From Raillietiella orientalis (taxonomy: Eukaryota): a stretch of 64,000 nucleotides of DNA. Position numbers and translations under genes: made by a program. The DNA lies in NCBI GenBank assembly GCA_036172245.1, contig JAYWIR010000002.1, positions 1,426,001 to 1,490,000 on the forward strand. Reading direction: 5' to 3'. The notes below the pieces were generated by a model. It had not been told where the DNA came from and searched no databases. It saw only the letters and a list, made by a program, of their open reading frames with translations. Shown here piece by piece: positions 13,094-25,299 of the stretch. Each line of letters begins with the position of its first letter. Positions within the stretch are counted from its first letter, which is position 1.

Positions 13094-13867
13094 TCACGAC
13101 CTCAGCAACACTCCGGTGTACAGGAAGCCGTCTCGAGGATCAAGCAGGTAAAGCACCACGTACGCAGCGGCGAAGAGACCTCCGATCCCGTTGAGGACGC
13201 ACGAAGCCACCAGAAGGAAGGTGATCGAGGTCAGCACCGTGGTGCAGGGCACGTCGTACGCCAGCGCGGGAGACTCCCGCTCTTCTTCGACGCCGTTGCC
13301 GTTGTCTCCGGCAATACAGTCGCAAGTGGCGTTGTTGGGCGATGAGGACGCGCACTTGGTGGCGGACATCTGCAGCAGGTGCCAGGCGGCGAAGACGGCC
13401 GCGCAGAGGCACAGGATGGACGCGGCCGAAGACATCAGCACGCCCAGGATCTGAGGCATGAAAACCGTTGGGTCACGCTGCCCCAACCCCCGGGGAGGGT
13501 ATACGCCGCCGCTGGGCTCTCTCTCTCACCTTGAACGTGACGACGAAAGGCCCGTGCGAGATTCCACTCGTCGCCTTCCGGAAGCAGCAGCCGAACAAGA
13601 TGACCCCGCAAAGACCGGCGGCGGCCAGCTTCCGTGGGGGGAGGGAAGGGGAAACCACGTGAGGTAAGGAACGAATCTGAGGAGGCTGAGTACGCACCAC
13701 CGCTCCACTCCAGTAGGGAACATCCCGCGCCTTCAGGGATGAGGTCAGAATGGTGAGCCAGACCGCTACCCCGACCACGGCCAACCCGAAGACCAGCTGC
13801 CAGAAGGACAGGCAGGTGCCCAGCCTCAATCGACTCGTCCCGGACCGCATGCTCTTCTTGCCTTTAC
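13094..13867 (-). CDS. Sarcospan-like (CD20/MS4A-like) four-transmembrane protein; exons 13698-13867, 13530-13628, 13094-13450; possible further 5' exon ending at 13936
   Basis: Canonical GT-AG introns of 69 and 79 nt join four hydrophobic segments in frame. Motifs RDVPYWSG, CAAVFAAWHLLQM..C..CDC and YDVPCTTV..FLL..CVLN match the sarcospan pattern. Start codon uncertain (in-frame ATG at 13850). Confidence 0.8.
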
Positions 13868-16800
13868 CTGGAGGGAACAGCGGGAGGAGATCACCCTTCG
13901 GGAGGCGGCACAAGCTCCCCTCCCTCCCCAGTCACGGGTATCGCGGGAGCGCAGGAAGGAGTGCCATGTTCCCGTGGCCTCGTGGAGCCCAGTCCTGAGC
14001 CGTCCAGGAGCACCCGGACGATCGGATCCTCCGTGCTTTCCGGTCGCTACGGCTGAGGACGATGCCTGCAGCTGAAAGCCCTGCTCTGCTCCGTCTCGGG
14101 GGATGCTTCTTCGGCGTCGACAGCCAGCAGCATACCGAAGCGGAGATCCTCCTCCCTCCCCCGGCCCCCCTTCTCGATTCCAAGTTCCCTTAACCGCCGG
14201 CAGAGACGCACGGAGAGATGGGGCTTTCTGGAGCAAAGGAGCGCACAGGCACATTGTCTCTCTAATGAGGACGTGCGCGCTCACGAATGTACGCACGGGT
14301 AGGAACGAAGGGAGGAAGCGCGTGCACGGTTGTCTTCCACCTGCCTGCCGAACGACCGGGGTGGGTGCACACAAGTACTCACCGGTCGCTCGGTGTCCAC
14401 GCCATCATGCGCGTGTGCGTACCCGTTCGGGAACGCGATGCGCGCGTGCGGCGGCCTCGTTTTCGAGCTACCCCCCCCCCCCTTCTCTCCCCTCCCCCCC
14501 CCCCACGCGTCATCGCGAGACAACCGTCCAGAGAAACGCGAGATCCACCGCACTCCGAACCAGTCTCCAAGTCCGCAGTCCTTTAGCTCCCACCTTATTT
14601 TAGGGAGAGAAAAGACCTTTTTTTCCTTTTTCTTCCAGCACGCGCGCCATTTGCGAATGGCAGACGAAAATAAACAAAGCAACTGCGCAGCGTGCGCCTT
14701 GAGGAATCCGAGATGGGAAACGACAGAGGACCAAACTCCTGAGAATCGAGAGCGCAACTCCAGCAGAAAAGGAAAAGTCGCAGAGATGGAAAACAACGAG
14801 AGTTCGAGGAGGAGGAGGGGGGGGGGAGAGAAGGAACACGAAACGGGAGCGTTCGAAGCACCCCTGGCAACCGGGAAGGCGCAGAAGAAGCGGAGCGAAA
14901 AAGACGGTCGCCGACGTGCTCCACGAAGGAATGCAATCACCAGGGAGCAAATCGCCTGAACCACGGGAAAAGGAACGCTGAGCAGGGCGTGTTTGCGCAG
15001 TTGGTCCTCCAGCGTGATTCGCATCTTCACGAGCACGGATCCGCCTGATGGCGGGAAAATCCGATGCGAAACTCGAGCCCAGCTCCAAGCGACTGCGGGG
15101 GGCGCAGAAAGCGGAGTTCATTAGGGAGATCGGCCGCTACGCACGGGTGGAACTACGGAAAAAACCAGGAAGGCGGGAAACGCGAGCAGGGCCATCCTTT
15201 CGAACGAGCGCACGGAGAAGAAGTGAAGCGAAGGCAAGCAGAGGCGAAAAACGGACGCGTTTGAGAGACGGCGGAATCGGGCACGGGCCGCGCACCACCG
15301 TTGCTGGTGGCTTCCCACCCACACAACCCTCAAGAAGAGCTTGAATGCGAAGGTGCGCGATCGGCCTTCACGTTCGACGACGAACCTCATCGAGAAGAAC
15401 TGAAGAGATTTTTTTTTTCTTGCTTGGTACGGCACGTGTGAACGGCTGCGGCTTTCCCTCCCTCCGAGGCTGCCGAGATCACGGTTCCTGCGACGAGATC
15501 GCAGCTCAAGAGCTCCCAGCTTTGAGAAGCCCTCCAGATGGCCACACGTGAACGAAAGGAGGAAACCGAGAGTGACTCCCGTTGCCCAGGCATCAGCCTC
15601 TTAAAATAGCCTCTGCGCAGAAGGTCCCACGCGTGTGAGATGCCGGTGCGTGGCTACCTCGAAGAGAGAGAGAGGGCTTCGCGGCACCCAAGCAAAGGGT
15701 TTCGCAGACGAAACGCAGCGCCCGCGAATGAGTGCGAAGATGCGCAGTCCGTTGAGCGATCGCTGGAAAGAAGTCGCTACTCCAGCGAGGACAGTCTCAT
15801 CCATTTTTCTCGTGGATGTCAGTTGAGCGGAGCAATTAACTCCAGGCCTCGGTCTGAGCCCGCTTTTTGCTTCCCGCTCTTTCGGGCTTCTGTCAGCTTA
15901 ATTGCCAGCAGAGAGCCATACCGAGCCATACAGTGAGGGCCGTCGTTCCTTCCAAGAGGGGCTCTGAAGCTATAACGTTCTTGAAAGTTAATACAGTTTG
16001 CAAATAGCAGAAGGAGGGGGAAAGGATGGGTTGTGAAAGTTCGAACCATCCTTCGAAGCTCCCAAGAAGACACGAAACACGCAGAAACCGCGAGCACCTT
16101 GGACACGACCACACGGTTGTCACCTGCTAGAACCGGGATGACAACATCCTTAGGATTCGGGTGCGCAGGAAGGTGACTCCAAGGTCACTCGGATTTTCGT
16201 GCTTTCGTTCGACCCAACCCCACTTTCTTCCCTGTTTCGGAATTCCTCACACGGATGACCGTTTTTTGTCGTCTCAGTGCCCCCCCCCCCCTTCTGCTGC
16301 AACACGAATTTCGCAAGTTTTTCTTTTTTTCTTTTAAAAAAAAAAAAAAAAAAAAGGAAAGAAAAAGAAAAAGAAAAAGGAAAAAAAAGGAAAACAGGTG
16401 TGAGTCACAGGTTGTTCCCGCACGTACTTCCAGCTTTCTGTTTTGCGTTTCGCTCTACAGGTTTGCAAGTGGCAGTAACGTCACCCAAGAACTTCTGTGA
16501 TGGCGGAGAGGACGCATTTCGTTTGCTGCGCATCCAAAAGGACGAAACTCTCGTGAAAGAGAGGCCGAGCCGAACAAACCACAACTGCATCTTCAAACGA
16601 TACGGAGCACAACTCTTTTCCATCCTCGTTGGTTCTTTCGGTCAAAGAGGGGAAAACGAGAAAAACGGAGGATCGATCTGGCGCGAGGTTGAAGGCCCGA
16701 GACCACGGCACTGCGAACCGAACGCAGAGAGAGCAGCATCCGAAGAGCGTAACGCCGTTCGATCCCGGGGGTGTGACGTTTCTTCCTTTTGCACTCTCGT

Positions 16801-19800
16801 TGGTGTGTGGGTGCCGCTCTGCCGGTGGATTTCAAGTTTCGTGATTTTTTTTTTTTTTTTTCCTTTCATTGCATTACGATATGGAATGTTCTTTTTTCCT
16901 TTTCAGTCGGAGGAGGGGGAGGGGTGGGAAGTCATTTTCGCTTTCACTCTCTTTCATCTCGCGAAATCAATCGGAACCTTTTCCACACCAATCCTCTTCT
17001 TTTTTTTTTTTTTTTTTTTTCATCACATCCTCTCATTAACAAGGAGGAAAACAGGAAAAAGCCAAAAACAAAGGGGGAAGGAACACTTTGTGGCAGTTAT
17101 GTCGTCCCCACCGCTTCCGCCGATGACAGCCAACGGATCAGAAAGCTCTCTTCTTAGCGGTTGACGCAGAAAGGAAACGCGAGGAGAAAGATCATCAAAT
17201 GAGCTGCGAGAAGGCCGCGCTCCTCGGGATGCCCTCACGGAGCTCCTGAAATTCCGACATTCCTTTGCCGACGAGCCGATCGACGTCGGTTTTGATTTGT
17301 GCGTTCTTGAAGCTGTCGGGTTGCACACCCACACCACCACATTCGCAAGACACGAGCCGAGAAATGTCGAAACCGCTGCAGCGGAAGACCACAATCGCTA
17401 GCCGAGCTCCACTTTCTCTTCTCTTCTTTTCTTCTTCTTTTTCCTTTTTCCAGATCGTCCCCCCCCCCCTCCCTCAGCATCAGAATTTCTTTTTTTTTTC
17501 TTTTCCTTTTCTTTTCCCTTTTCTTCTCTTCTCTTTTCTTTGCGATCTATGGACGATCGATCGTGGAAGCTTTTGTCTTGACCTCTGCAATCCCTCGTTC
17601 CTTCTTCTTCGATGATTAATCTCAGCAAGGAAATGGTTTGGGCACCCTGAGAAGTTTCGGAAACGGACCTAGAACAAAGCACCGCCGCCAAGCCCACCCC
17701 CCCTCTGGTTCTCGCATCGGGCAACCATGGGAGGCCAAATGTTCCCGCCGGAAAGAAAGGAAGGCAGGGAAGGAGAAATCGAGGTCCGCCATCAGGTCGT
17801 TATTAACCTGCTGATCCTCGTCGCTATGGTCACACAACGACCGTAGGGCTTCTCGTTAGCCTTTGTCTCGCTCGCGCACCCCGGTGGCGCGTTCGCCCGC
17901 GTCCGTGTCCCGCCGAGAACGAGAGATCCGCCACCACTTGGAACGGAGACTATCAAAGGGATGCGAGTGCCGGGAGAGCGTCTTTGAAATTTGAAGACGT
18001 CCTCTGTGCTGCGCTGAGATCGTGAGGTCCTGCATAGGTGGCGAGCCACTGTGACGTTCCGGCCCGTAGGCGAGGAAGAAGCGCACGGCACGGAGGAGGC
18101 GTCCGCCTTTCGCGCCCAGACCGAGCTCCCGTTCCAGAAACTCTTCCGGCAGCGTCCCGTCCGGCTTCGCCTCACCTCGTCCGTGTCCCGGGTTTCCCGG
18201 TCACCGCGCGGAAGCCAGTGCAGGGTGCCCCTTCCCGGACGGGGCACCGGGATTCACAGCACCAGAGAAGCCACCCGGTCGTTCCAGGAGGGAAGCTCGG
18301 AAGGGGGGGGGGGGGATGAGTGCGGGAAGGACGTTTCCGGGACGTTCAGGAAGCGACGGGGAGAGGGCGAAGGCGGGAAAAAACGACGATGACAGGAAGA
18401 TTTCGTTCCCCGCCACCAAGAACACCGTCCAAGAGGGAAGGAGGAATCCCTGACCACCAGCTCCCGAACTCGTCAACTGCACGCATCCAGCCCCGGAGAG
18501 TCATCCTTCGCCACCGACCAGTCATCCCGCTCCCTGGGGTAACGACCCGTGGAAATCCTCGCCGTTCTCGTCCCTTCGCCGGGAACGGAAGTTCCCCCCT
18601 GAAATAGGGGATGGGGAGGCCTACTCACGTGAATTTCGTGGATGCAAACACCTTCGGAGGAAGAGGAAGCCCTTCCTTCGGATCGCAGCTTCAAGGGGAA
18701 AGTGAGAGCAGCGCCGCAGCCACCCACAACACTTGGCGTCCTGCCGCCGGGAACGCTCCCAAGGACGCGCGAGGCAGCGGCGTTTCCGGAAGGCACGGCG
18801 ACCGCCAATGTGACCTCCCCCGCACACGCGCACGCATACACACAGGCGCGCGCACGAAGGCCGACGCGTCCCCCCCCCCTTTCCCCTCCCCGTCATCGCA
18901 CCACGGAGCGGTTTCCCAATCGTAAAAATCCAGCATCCACGGGAAACAGCGGGAACCGCTGAGCACAGAGCCATCGCCACCTGTGGCAGAGAAGCGTAGG
19001 CGAGGGGACTCGCCCCAACGTGGCGGCAGCCGCGCCGCGCGCGAGAGCAGCCGCAGAGATGGGGAAGGAGGGGGAGAGTGCGCAGGCGCGAACGCTGCTG
19101 CCCCTTTCCGCTCCTTTTCTTTTCCCCTTCCTCTCAGTCCCGGTCAACAGAGAAAATCCCGCCTTGCGGGACGGCGGCAGCGGCTACGCGAGGACACCGC
19201 AACGGCGTCTTCCCGGTCTACAGTCCGCTGCACTCCAGACGCACTGGCAGGGAAGGGGAGGAGCTTCCGCTCGTCGCCAAGCCGTCTCCTGACCTCCCTC
19301 CCTGGAAACGAACGCGCGCGCCCCGACCACGAAAACGCTGCGCGCAGGAGCCCGAGAGGGAGAGCAGCAGGCGAGCGAGAGCTACCCTCTCTTTGCCACA
19401 GGGCGACAAGAACTCGCCGTCCTGCCTGGATCCCCCATGGATGTCCGTGGACCGCGACCGTCCGAGACGCCACGTGAGGCACGCCTCCCCCCCCCCCACG
19501 AGGCAGCGAACACCGTGCACGTCCCTGGAGATACAGGGGAGACACGCCCGCCTTCTCAGACGGACGTTCCTAGAGGTGCACGCTTCTTGGTCCCCTTGGA
19601 GACCCACCGTTCTCCCCTCCATGGCACGGAGTGCACAACGGAGGATGGAAGTCCAGCTGACGACTGCCAGGCGACGGCCGCCAAGACCAAGTTGGGGCTA
19701 CCGGCACGCGCCCTAAACGAACCGCGCGCGTCCCCTGGACGGCGTGATCTCGGCACAGAGACGCAGACGGACGCGCAAGGAAACCCTCACAGCTGCTCCT

Positions 19801-22800
19801 TCCGGGAGTCTCGGGCGGGCCCGTCCAGATGGGCGCACAGGCTCCCTCCAGGAAGGTATGCTGAAGCCGTGCTGCCTCGCGCAGTGGCGGCTCTCAACGC
19901 TCGGCTTCCTTTTCTGACCGATTCGCGCACTTGGCAGCCCTGCCGGGCAACAATGCAGGCGGAGCACGAGAGTTCACGCGCTCCCGCCATCGCGGAAAAC
20001 GCCGTTCCCTCGAGCAAAGGGCTGCAGAACGTGGAAAGGGGACGAAGGGGGTGCCTGGTCCGACACCCCGGGCGTGCAACTCCCCATTGCTTGCACCTCA
20101 GTATAGGGAGAGGAAAAAGACCGGTGTTCTCCCCCCCTCCCCATTCCCTGGGTCTCTTTTCCAAATGACCGCCTGGGGCGAACATCCTCACTACCCTCTA
20201 GGGCACCACGAGAGCCAGACATACCGTCTACCCGGTCCTCTGGAGGAAGCGGAAGGGATCCACCCGTATTCTCCCTCCCCCCCTACACACCCTGCCTCGC
20301 TCACCTGCGGTGACGATTTTGCTGTGCCGGAGGGAGTTCTGCGTGGGGGTGTGTCTGGAGGAGATCCTAGGAGGGGCCATGTTCTGGGGGACGGTGGTTG
20401 CCAGGCTCGCCAGCTGGGAGGGCAGGCCCTCGAGCTCCCCTACATTGTCGTACCAGCTGGAGGCCCTGGCGAGCGGGCAGGTCTCGCTGGGATTCTTCCT
20501 GTCCCTGTGGGCCCTGGGGAGTGTTTGGCTCATGGCTGAGAGAGGGGGGGAAGGGGGGGCAGCAGCGCCCCCTCCTCCTCCAGCGACGGTCACCTAGCCC
20601 CGGGGAGAGGGCAGTAGCTGCCGGGTTTCAGTAGCTCCCGGAGGGCGCTCATCCCCTGCGCCGAGGAATTTGGAAAAGCGGAGGCCGCCAGGAAGAAGGC
20701 ACCGGCGCGCGCGCGCGCACCCGGCTGGGACAGAGGCGGCGACACGCACTCCACTGACTCGCCAGCCGGTTCGCAGCCGAAAGTGCGGGACGTCGCTCCG
20801 CACGTCTCGCAGACGTCTCCGCGCACGCGCGGGGAACAGGCCGCTGATTGGCCGGAGCCGCTTCCACCGCCGTCTGGACATGCGCAGGAGAACTCCTCCG
20901 CCTCGCTTCAGCCGCCGCCGCGTGCTGTGGAGACAGGGTCAGCGGAACAGGGGAGCGAAAGCAGGCGGGGGGCTCGCAAAGGTTGCGGAGATGCCCGGCA
21001 CGGCAGGGGCGAGGAGGGGAGGAAACCCGCGGTCACGCCTGCGAATCCGCGCTCGCCGAGGAAGAGGCCGGAGAAAGCCCAAAGTGGCAGCTGCGCCTCC
21101 CAGACGAAACTGCTGGAATGCGACCCGGCCTCCCTCATCCCCCTTCCTGCCTCTTCCTCCCCTTCCACCTAGCGACGCCGTCGAAGCGAGCAGCTGCCGC
21201 CACCACCCGTCCACAGACCTCTGTGAACCCTCTCGCCAGGTTCCACGTCCAAACCACGCAGCGGAGCTTCCAGATCTGGCAGCTCTGCAAGCGGTGCAAG
21301 AAAATGGGAAAAAGGGGAGGAAGCCACACAACCACGACCAACTGCAGAGCTGCAGAGCTCCTCCCGGATGGCGAGGGTGGGATTCCCTGCTGCCAGGAGC
21401 CACCCTTCCCTTCTCAGCAGGCCTCCAGGGCCTTATTTGCAGTATCGAGGGCTTGTGGACTGTGGTTCACGAATGGGAGGCCGCCTGCTTCCGTGACTAC
21501 CGAAAGGGCGGGTGTGACCACCCCACCCGTGGCCCGGAGGTTGGGGGGGCTTGTCGGAAAAGGGACTGCGGACTCACCCCTCCCTTTCTATTCCGGTCCC
21601 CTCTCAGGGCGTGAGGCCCTTCCCGCCGGATCTCGTTGATTCCCTGCAATGCAATGCAGGACCTGGGTGGACATGCCTTCTTCCTCTGGAACTTTTTAGC
21701 AGACCCTTCCGCAATGCCCAAGAGCCATGAGGACGGGACTGCTTTCCCCGAGAAACACCCGAGGCAAGACGACGCTGCGAGGAAGCCAGGATTCTCGCGG
21801 CACTGAAGCTTGGAGGTCCTTGCGAAACCTCAAGGTTCCAAGGACGTATCGCAAACCTAGTACGTAGGAGCGAAGGAGGGATCTCTCGTCTTCATCCGGA
21901 AAGAAGAACAAAAGGAGCGGTGAAAGAAACGCTGACCTCTCGTGGAGGAAGGACACCGGTCTGCATTCGTGCTGCAGGGCGGAGAGCGAGTCGGGCGGCG
22001 CTTCTCGCTGCTTTCCTGTACCAGTAAGAGATGGCGCTCGGATCGCACCCTGCATTTCTGGTTTCGAGTGAGGGCAAAAGCGGTGCTTTCGGTATCTTCA
22101 AGGGAACGCAGCCTCGCGAACGCAACAGGCAGGGGGAGGGGAGTAAGGTGGTGCAGGGTCAGCGCGTTGGCCTGGGTGAAAAGTCTTGCTCAGACGCTTG
22201 GGGTGGAGTGGGCGGGCGAAGCTGACCGACAGATCAAGAAACAACGGGGCGTCGCGCTTCGCTTTGAGTTTTCCCAAGCATCGGGGAATGCGGATCCTGA
22301 AACGAAGGGCTCCGGCCAGACCCTGGTCAAAGGACACCTCGCGTCCACCAAGCGGAGGTGGCGAAGGGGAACCGAGAGACGCGTTTTTTTTTTTTTTTTT
22401 TATCTTGCACGGCGGCCGCCGCAGCCTCGCGCCATCAAGGCAGCCGCTTTCCGTTCTCGGAAGTTGGTTCTCACACACGGATGCCACCATCCCCGCCCTC
22501 CCTTGTAGTTGCAGGTCACCATTCTTCTCCTTTCGGGTCCAGTCGCTGCCAAAGCCGTTCTCCTGGATGGAAATGGGGCACTTCTCCAAACGGGGCGGAA
22601 CGAAACGCCGCGCGCCAAGAGGCCAGCGGCACAATGGGGCTCCGCTCCGTAGGCGTGCAGGAGGCCGCCGCGGCGCAATCAACGTAACGGAAGTGCCCGA
22701 TCGCTGCCCGGGAGATCCGAGATGCGCCGCGTGTCCTCGGCGATCGCGCGGCGGAGAAAATTGGAGGAGGCGCGAAAAATTTCGAGTTCGAGAAGATAAA

Positions 22801-23968
22801 GCGAGGGGGGCTTTGGGGAGGAGATCCGTGCTACGATCACGCGTCGACTTTCCGGCGTCTTCGTGGGCTGCTCACTCCCCCCCCTCCCTTCTCCGTCCCC
22901 TCCCTTTCCTTTTTTTTTTTTTTTTTTTCTCTTTTTCTTCTCTTTGTGTGCCGCGAGAGGGTGTTGGTGTTTGCACGGAGGACCCGCAAGGACAGCACGT
23001 TCTGATTTTCGGGTCTCTGCGACTCCCGACAACCAAAAGTTTCCTCCTTGTCCTGTCCGTCACCTCTCAGATACCGAGAGAGCCGGAGGAAGTGGGGGGG
23101 GGAGGGCTTGCCCCATGCCTGCATCGCCCACTCGCGTCGGTCGAGCGCTCTGCGAGTGCGCACGGTCGCGGGCCGGTGGCTGGAGGGAGGGCAGTGTCGT
23201 CCGGGCGTTCCTCCTGGCGCTCGGTTTCCGTCGGCTGGGAGCAAGGCGGCACTCTGCGAGATCCGGGAGCTGCGCGCCTGGGGGGTCTGCTTTCCCGACG
23301 GGACCGGCAGCGGACGGCCCGGCGCTCATGGGAAGAGGTGGATGCCCGCGTAAGAGCGCATGCGCCGAAGGAGCGCCGCGGGTCCCAGGCAACCGAAATT
23401 CCTTCCTCTAAGACATGGGGGCTGCTACTTCCCCAACAACCTCCGTGGCGACGCTGCTGATCCCCTCGGAACCACCCTCGTCCCCTTCGCATCTGCTTGG
23501 TCACGCTCGCGTCCCTTGCAACGCGGATGGCAGAAGGGACGATCTGACGAGGCGGCGCTCATGCCGGGCGGGCTCTCCTCCCGCTCATCTCTGCACCCGG
23601 AGAGGACCAATCCCTGTCCGGGGGAGCTCGAAGACGAACGGAGGGGAGGCTACACGCCGCCACGACGGGGAGGTCCGAGAGCGCGCGCGCGTGCCGGATC
23701 TGAACATTTCGCCCCCGAGAGATGTCTCGGACGCACGCGCCCTCCAAAGGGTGGCGCAGCCGCGGACGTGCCGGCCGCGGGCACGTCACCTGTGTCCCCT
23801 CGCTCGGGTTGCTCACGACGCCCGACCTTCCCGACCCTGCGGCGCACGACCGCCCCTCCGCGCACCGAGTTCGGTGGCCGAGGCGCCTCCGCCTCCTCGC
23901 GGCCTCGATCCTTCCGATACCATGACTCCGCCCGAAGCTCTCGCGCCGGCGGGATCTCTGCTGCCGGT

Positions 23969-24130
23969 GACGATGACGATGGCGACGATGTTGAAGACGA
24001 CAATGTCGTTGACGATGGCCATGACGATGATGACCAAAACGATGAGAATGACGATCACGATGTAGGCGACCGCAACAATGATGATTATGATGAAGGCGAT
24101 GACGACGACGATGACGATGGTGGCGACGAC
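23969..24130. repeat. Degenerate (GAY)n trinucleotide, Asp-codon-like repeat
   Basis: GACGATGACGATGGCGACGAT...GATGACGACGACGATGACGAT read directly from the sequence. Confidence 0.85.
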
Positions 24131-25299
24131 CAGCCTGAGGGAGGAGGAAGATGGCAGCCTGATTTGGAGCCGTGTCTGGACCGGAACGCTTCCGGGAGCC
24201 ACTGGAGTTCCCGGCCCTCTCGGCTGACTTCTAACATCTGCCTCCACCTCTCCGTGGAGCTCATGTTCACCTTTCCTTCTCAGAAAAGAAGTGGCGGCGC
24301 TCCTCCTTACCGACTTCCCCTTCTGGGAACCGGAAGCGAGCAGCTGAACTGCCCGCTGGGATCACGGCTGTCGTACGCAGTTCTGACCCCAGTCCGAAGA
24401 GCTTCCCGGTGACTCCGACCGCAAGCATTCCAGAAGAGTGTTCCCGGTTTCAGAAGAATGTCAGGAAACACGAGGACGTTTTCCGTGGGCGAAGACCTTG
24501 CCACTCTGACCTTCTCACGTCGTGGATCGGGAGGCTCGAGTTCACTTTCCCTTCCTCTCTACCGCCGACCCATCCCCATTTACGCCCCCCCTTTTCCCTC
24601 CCCCGCCGCCGCCGCCACCACCATGAGTCGTCGCTCGGCACGCCTCGCTCCTTCGAAGCAGCGCGTGCAGCCTCCGATTCCCTGGAAGCCCGCATCCGGG
24701 GATGCGTTTCGCCGCCGTCTCGAGTCCCCGGCAGCGACTTCCCAGAGAATCCGCAGGAGGAGACACGAGGAGGTCTCCCCGCCGCACTCTAGCCCGGAGC
24801 TGCATTTTCCTGACCCGTTAGGTCCAAGGGAGAAAGAGAGAGGGACGCGCCGCGGAGCGCAGGCAGCATCTTGGAAAATAAGGCGGCAGTCCAGCGTCGC
24901 CCCGATTCGGGCGACGGCGCTCTCCCTCTTCTCGAATGCAGGGTCAGAGAGGGGAACTAGGAAAGGGAGGATTCCGGCGCACCCGCGGCGTCGAGAGAGC
25001 CGAGAGGCGCTATTATCTTACGCCGCCATTTCGCCCTCAGTTTCTCCCCATCTCTCGCCCCGTACCGAAAGGTGGTATGCCCACATCTGAACCAGGAACG
25101 GCAAGGGAAGAGCGGGGGAAGGAGGGGAGGAGGAGCCAAGCCGGACTTCGCCACTGCGCGTGACGGGCGGCAGCGCTGACCTCTCATTCACGCTCCGGGA
25201 TTCCTGCAACCTGAGCATGCCGGGCGCCCCCTACAGCACTCTCGGATCCCCCGACCCCACACCCTTCAGTTTTCCCGGACTCCAGTCCGAGAGTTCTGG

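Noticed and set aside
16565-16582. Resemblance to miR-375 on the minus strand
   Set aside because: Only a partial match and no precursor hairpin.
22186-23460. 424-aa ORF with poly-Phe runs
   Set aside because: The Phe runs are translated poly-T tracts; no coding signal.
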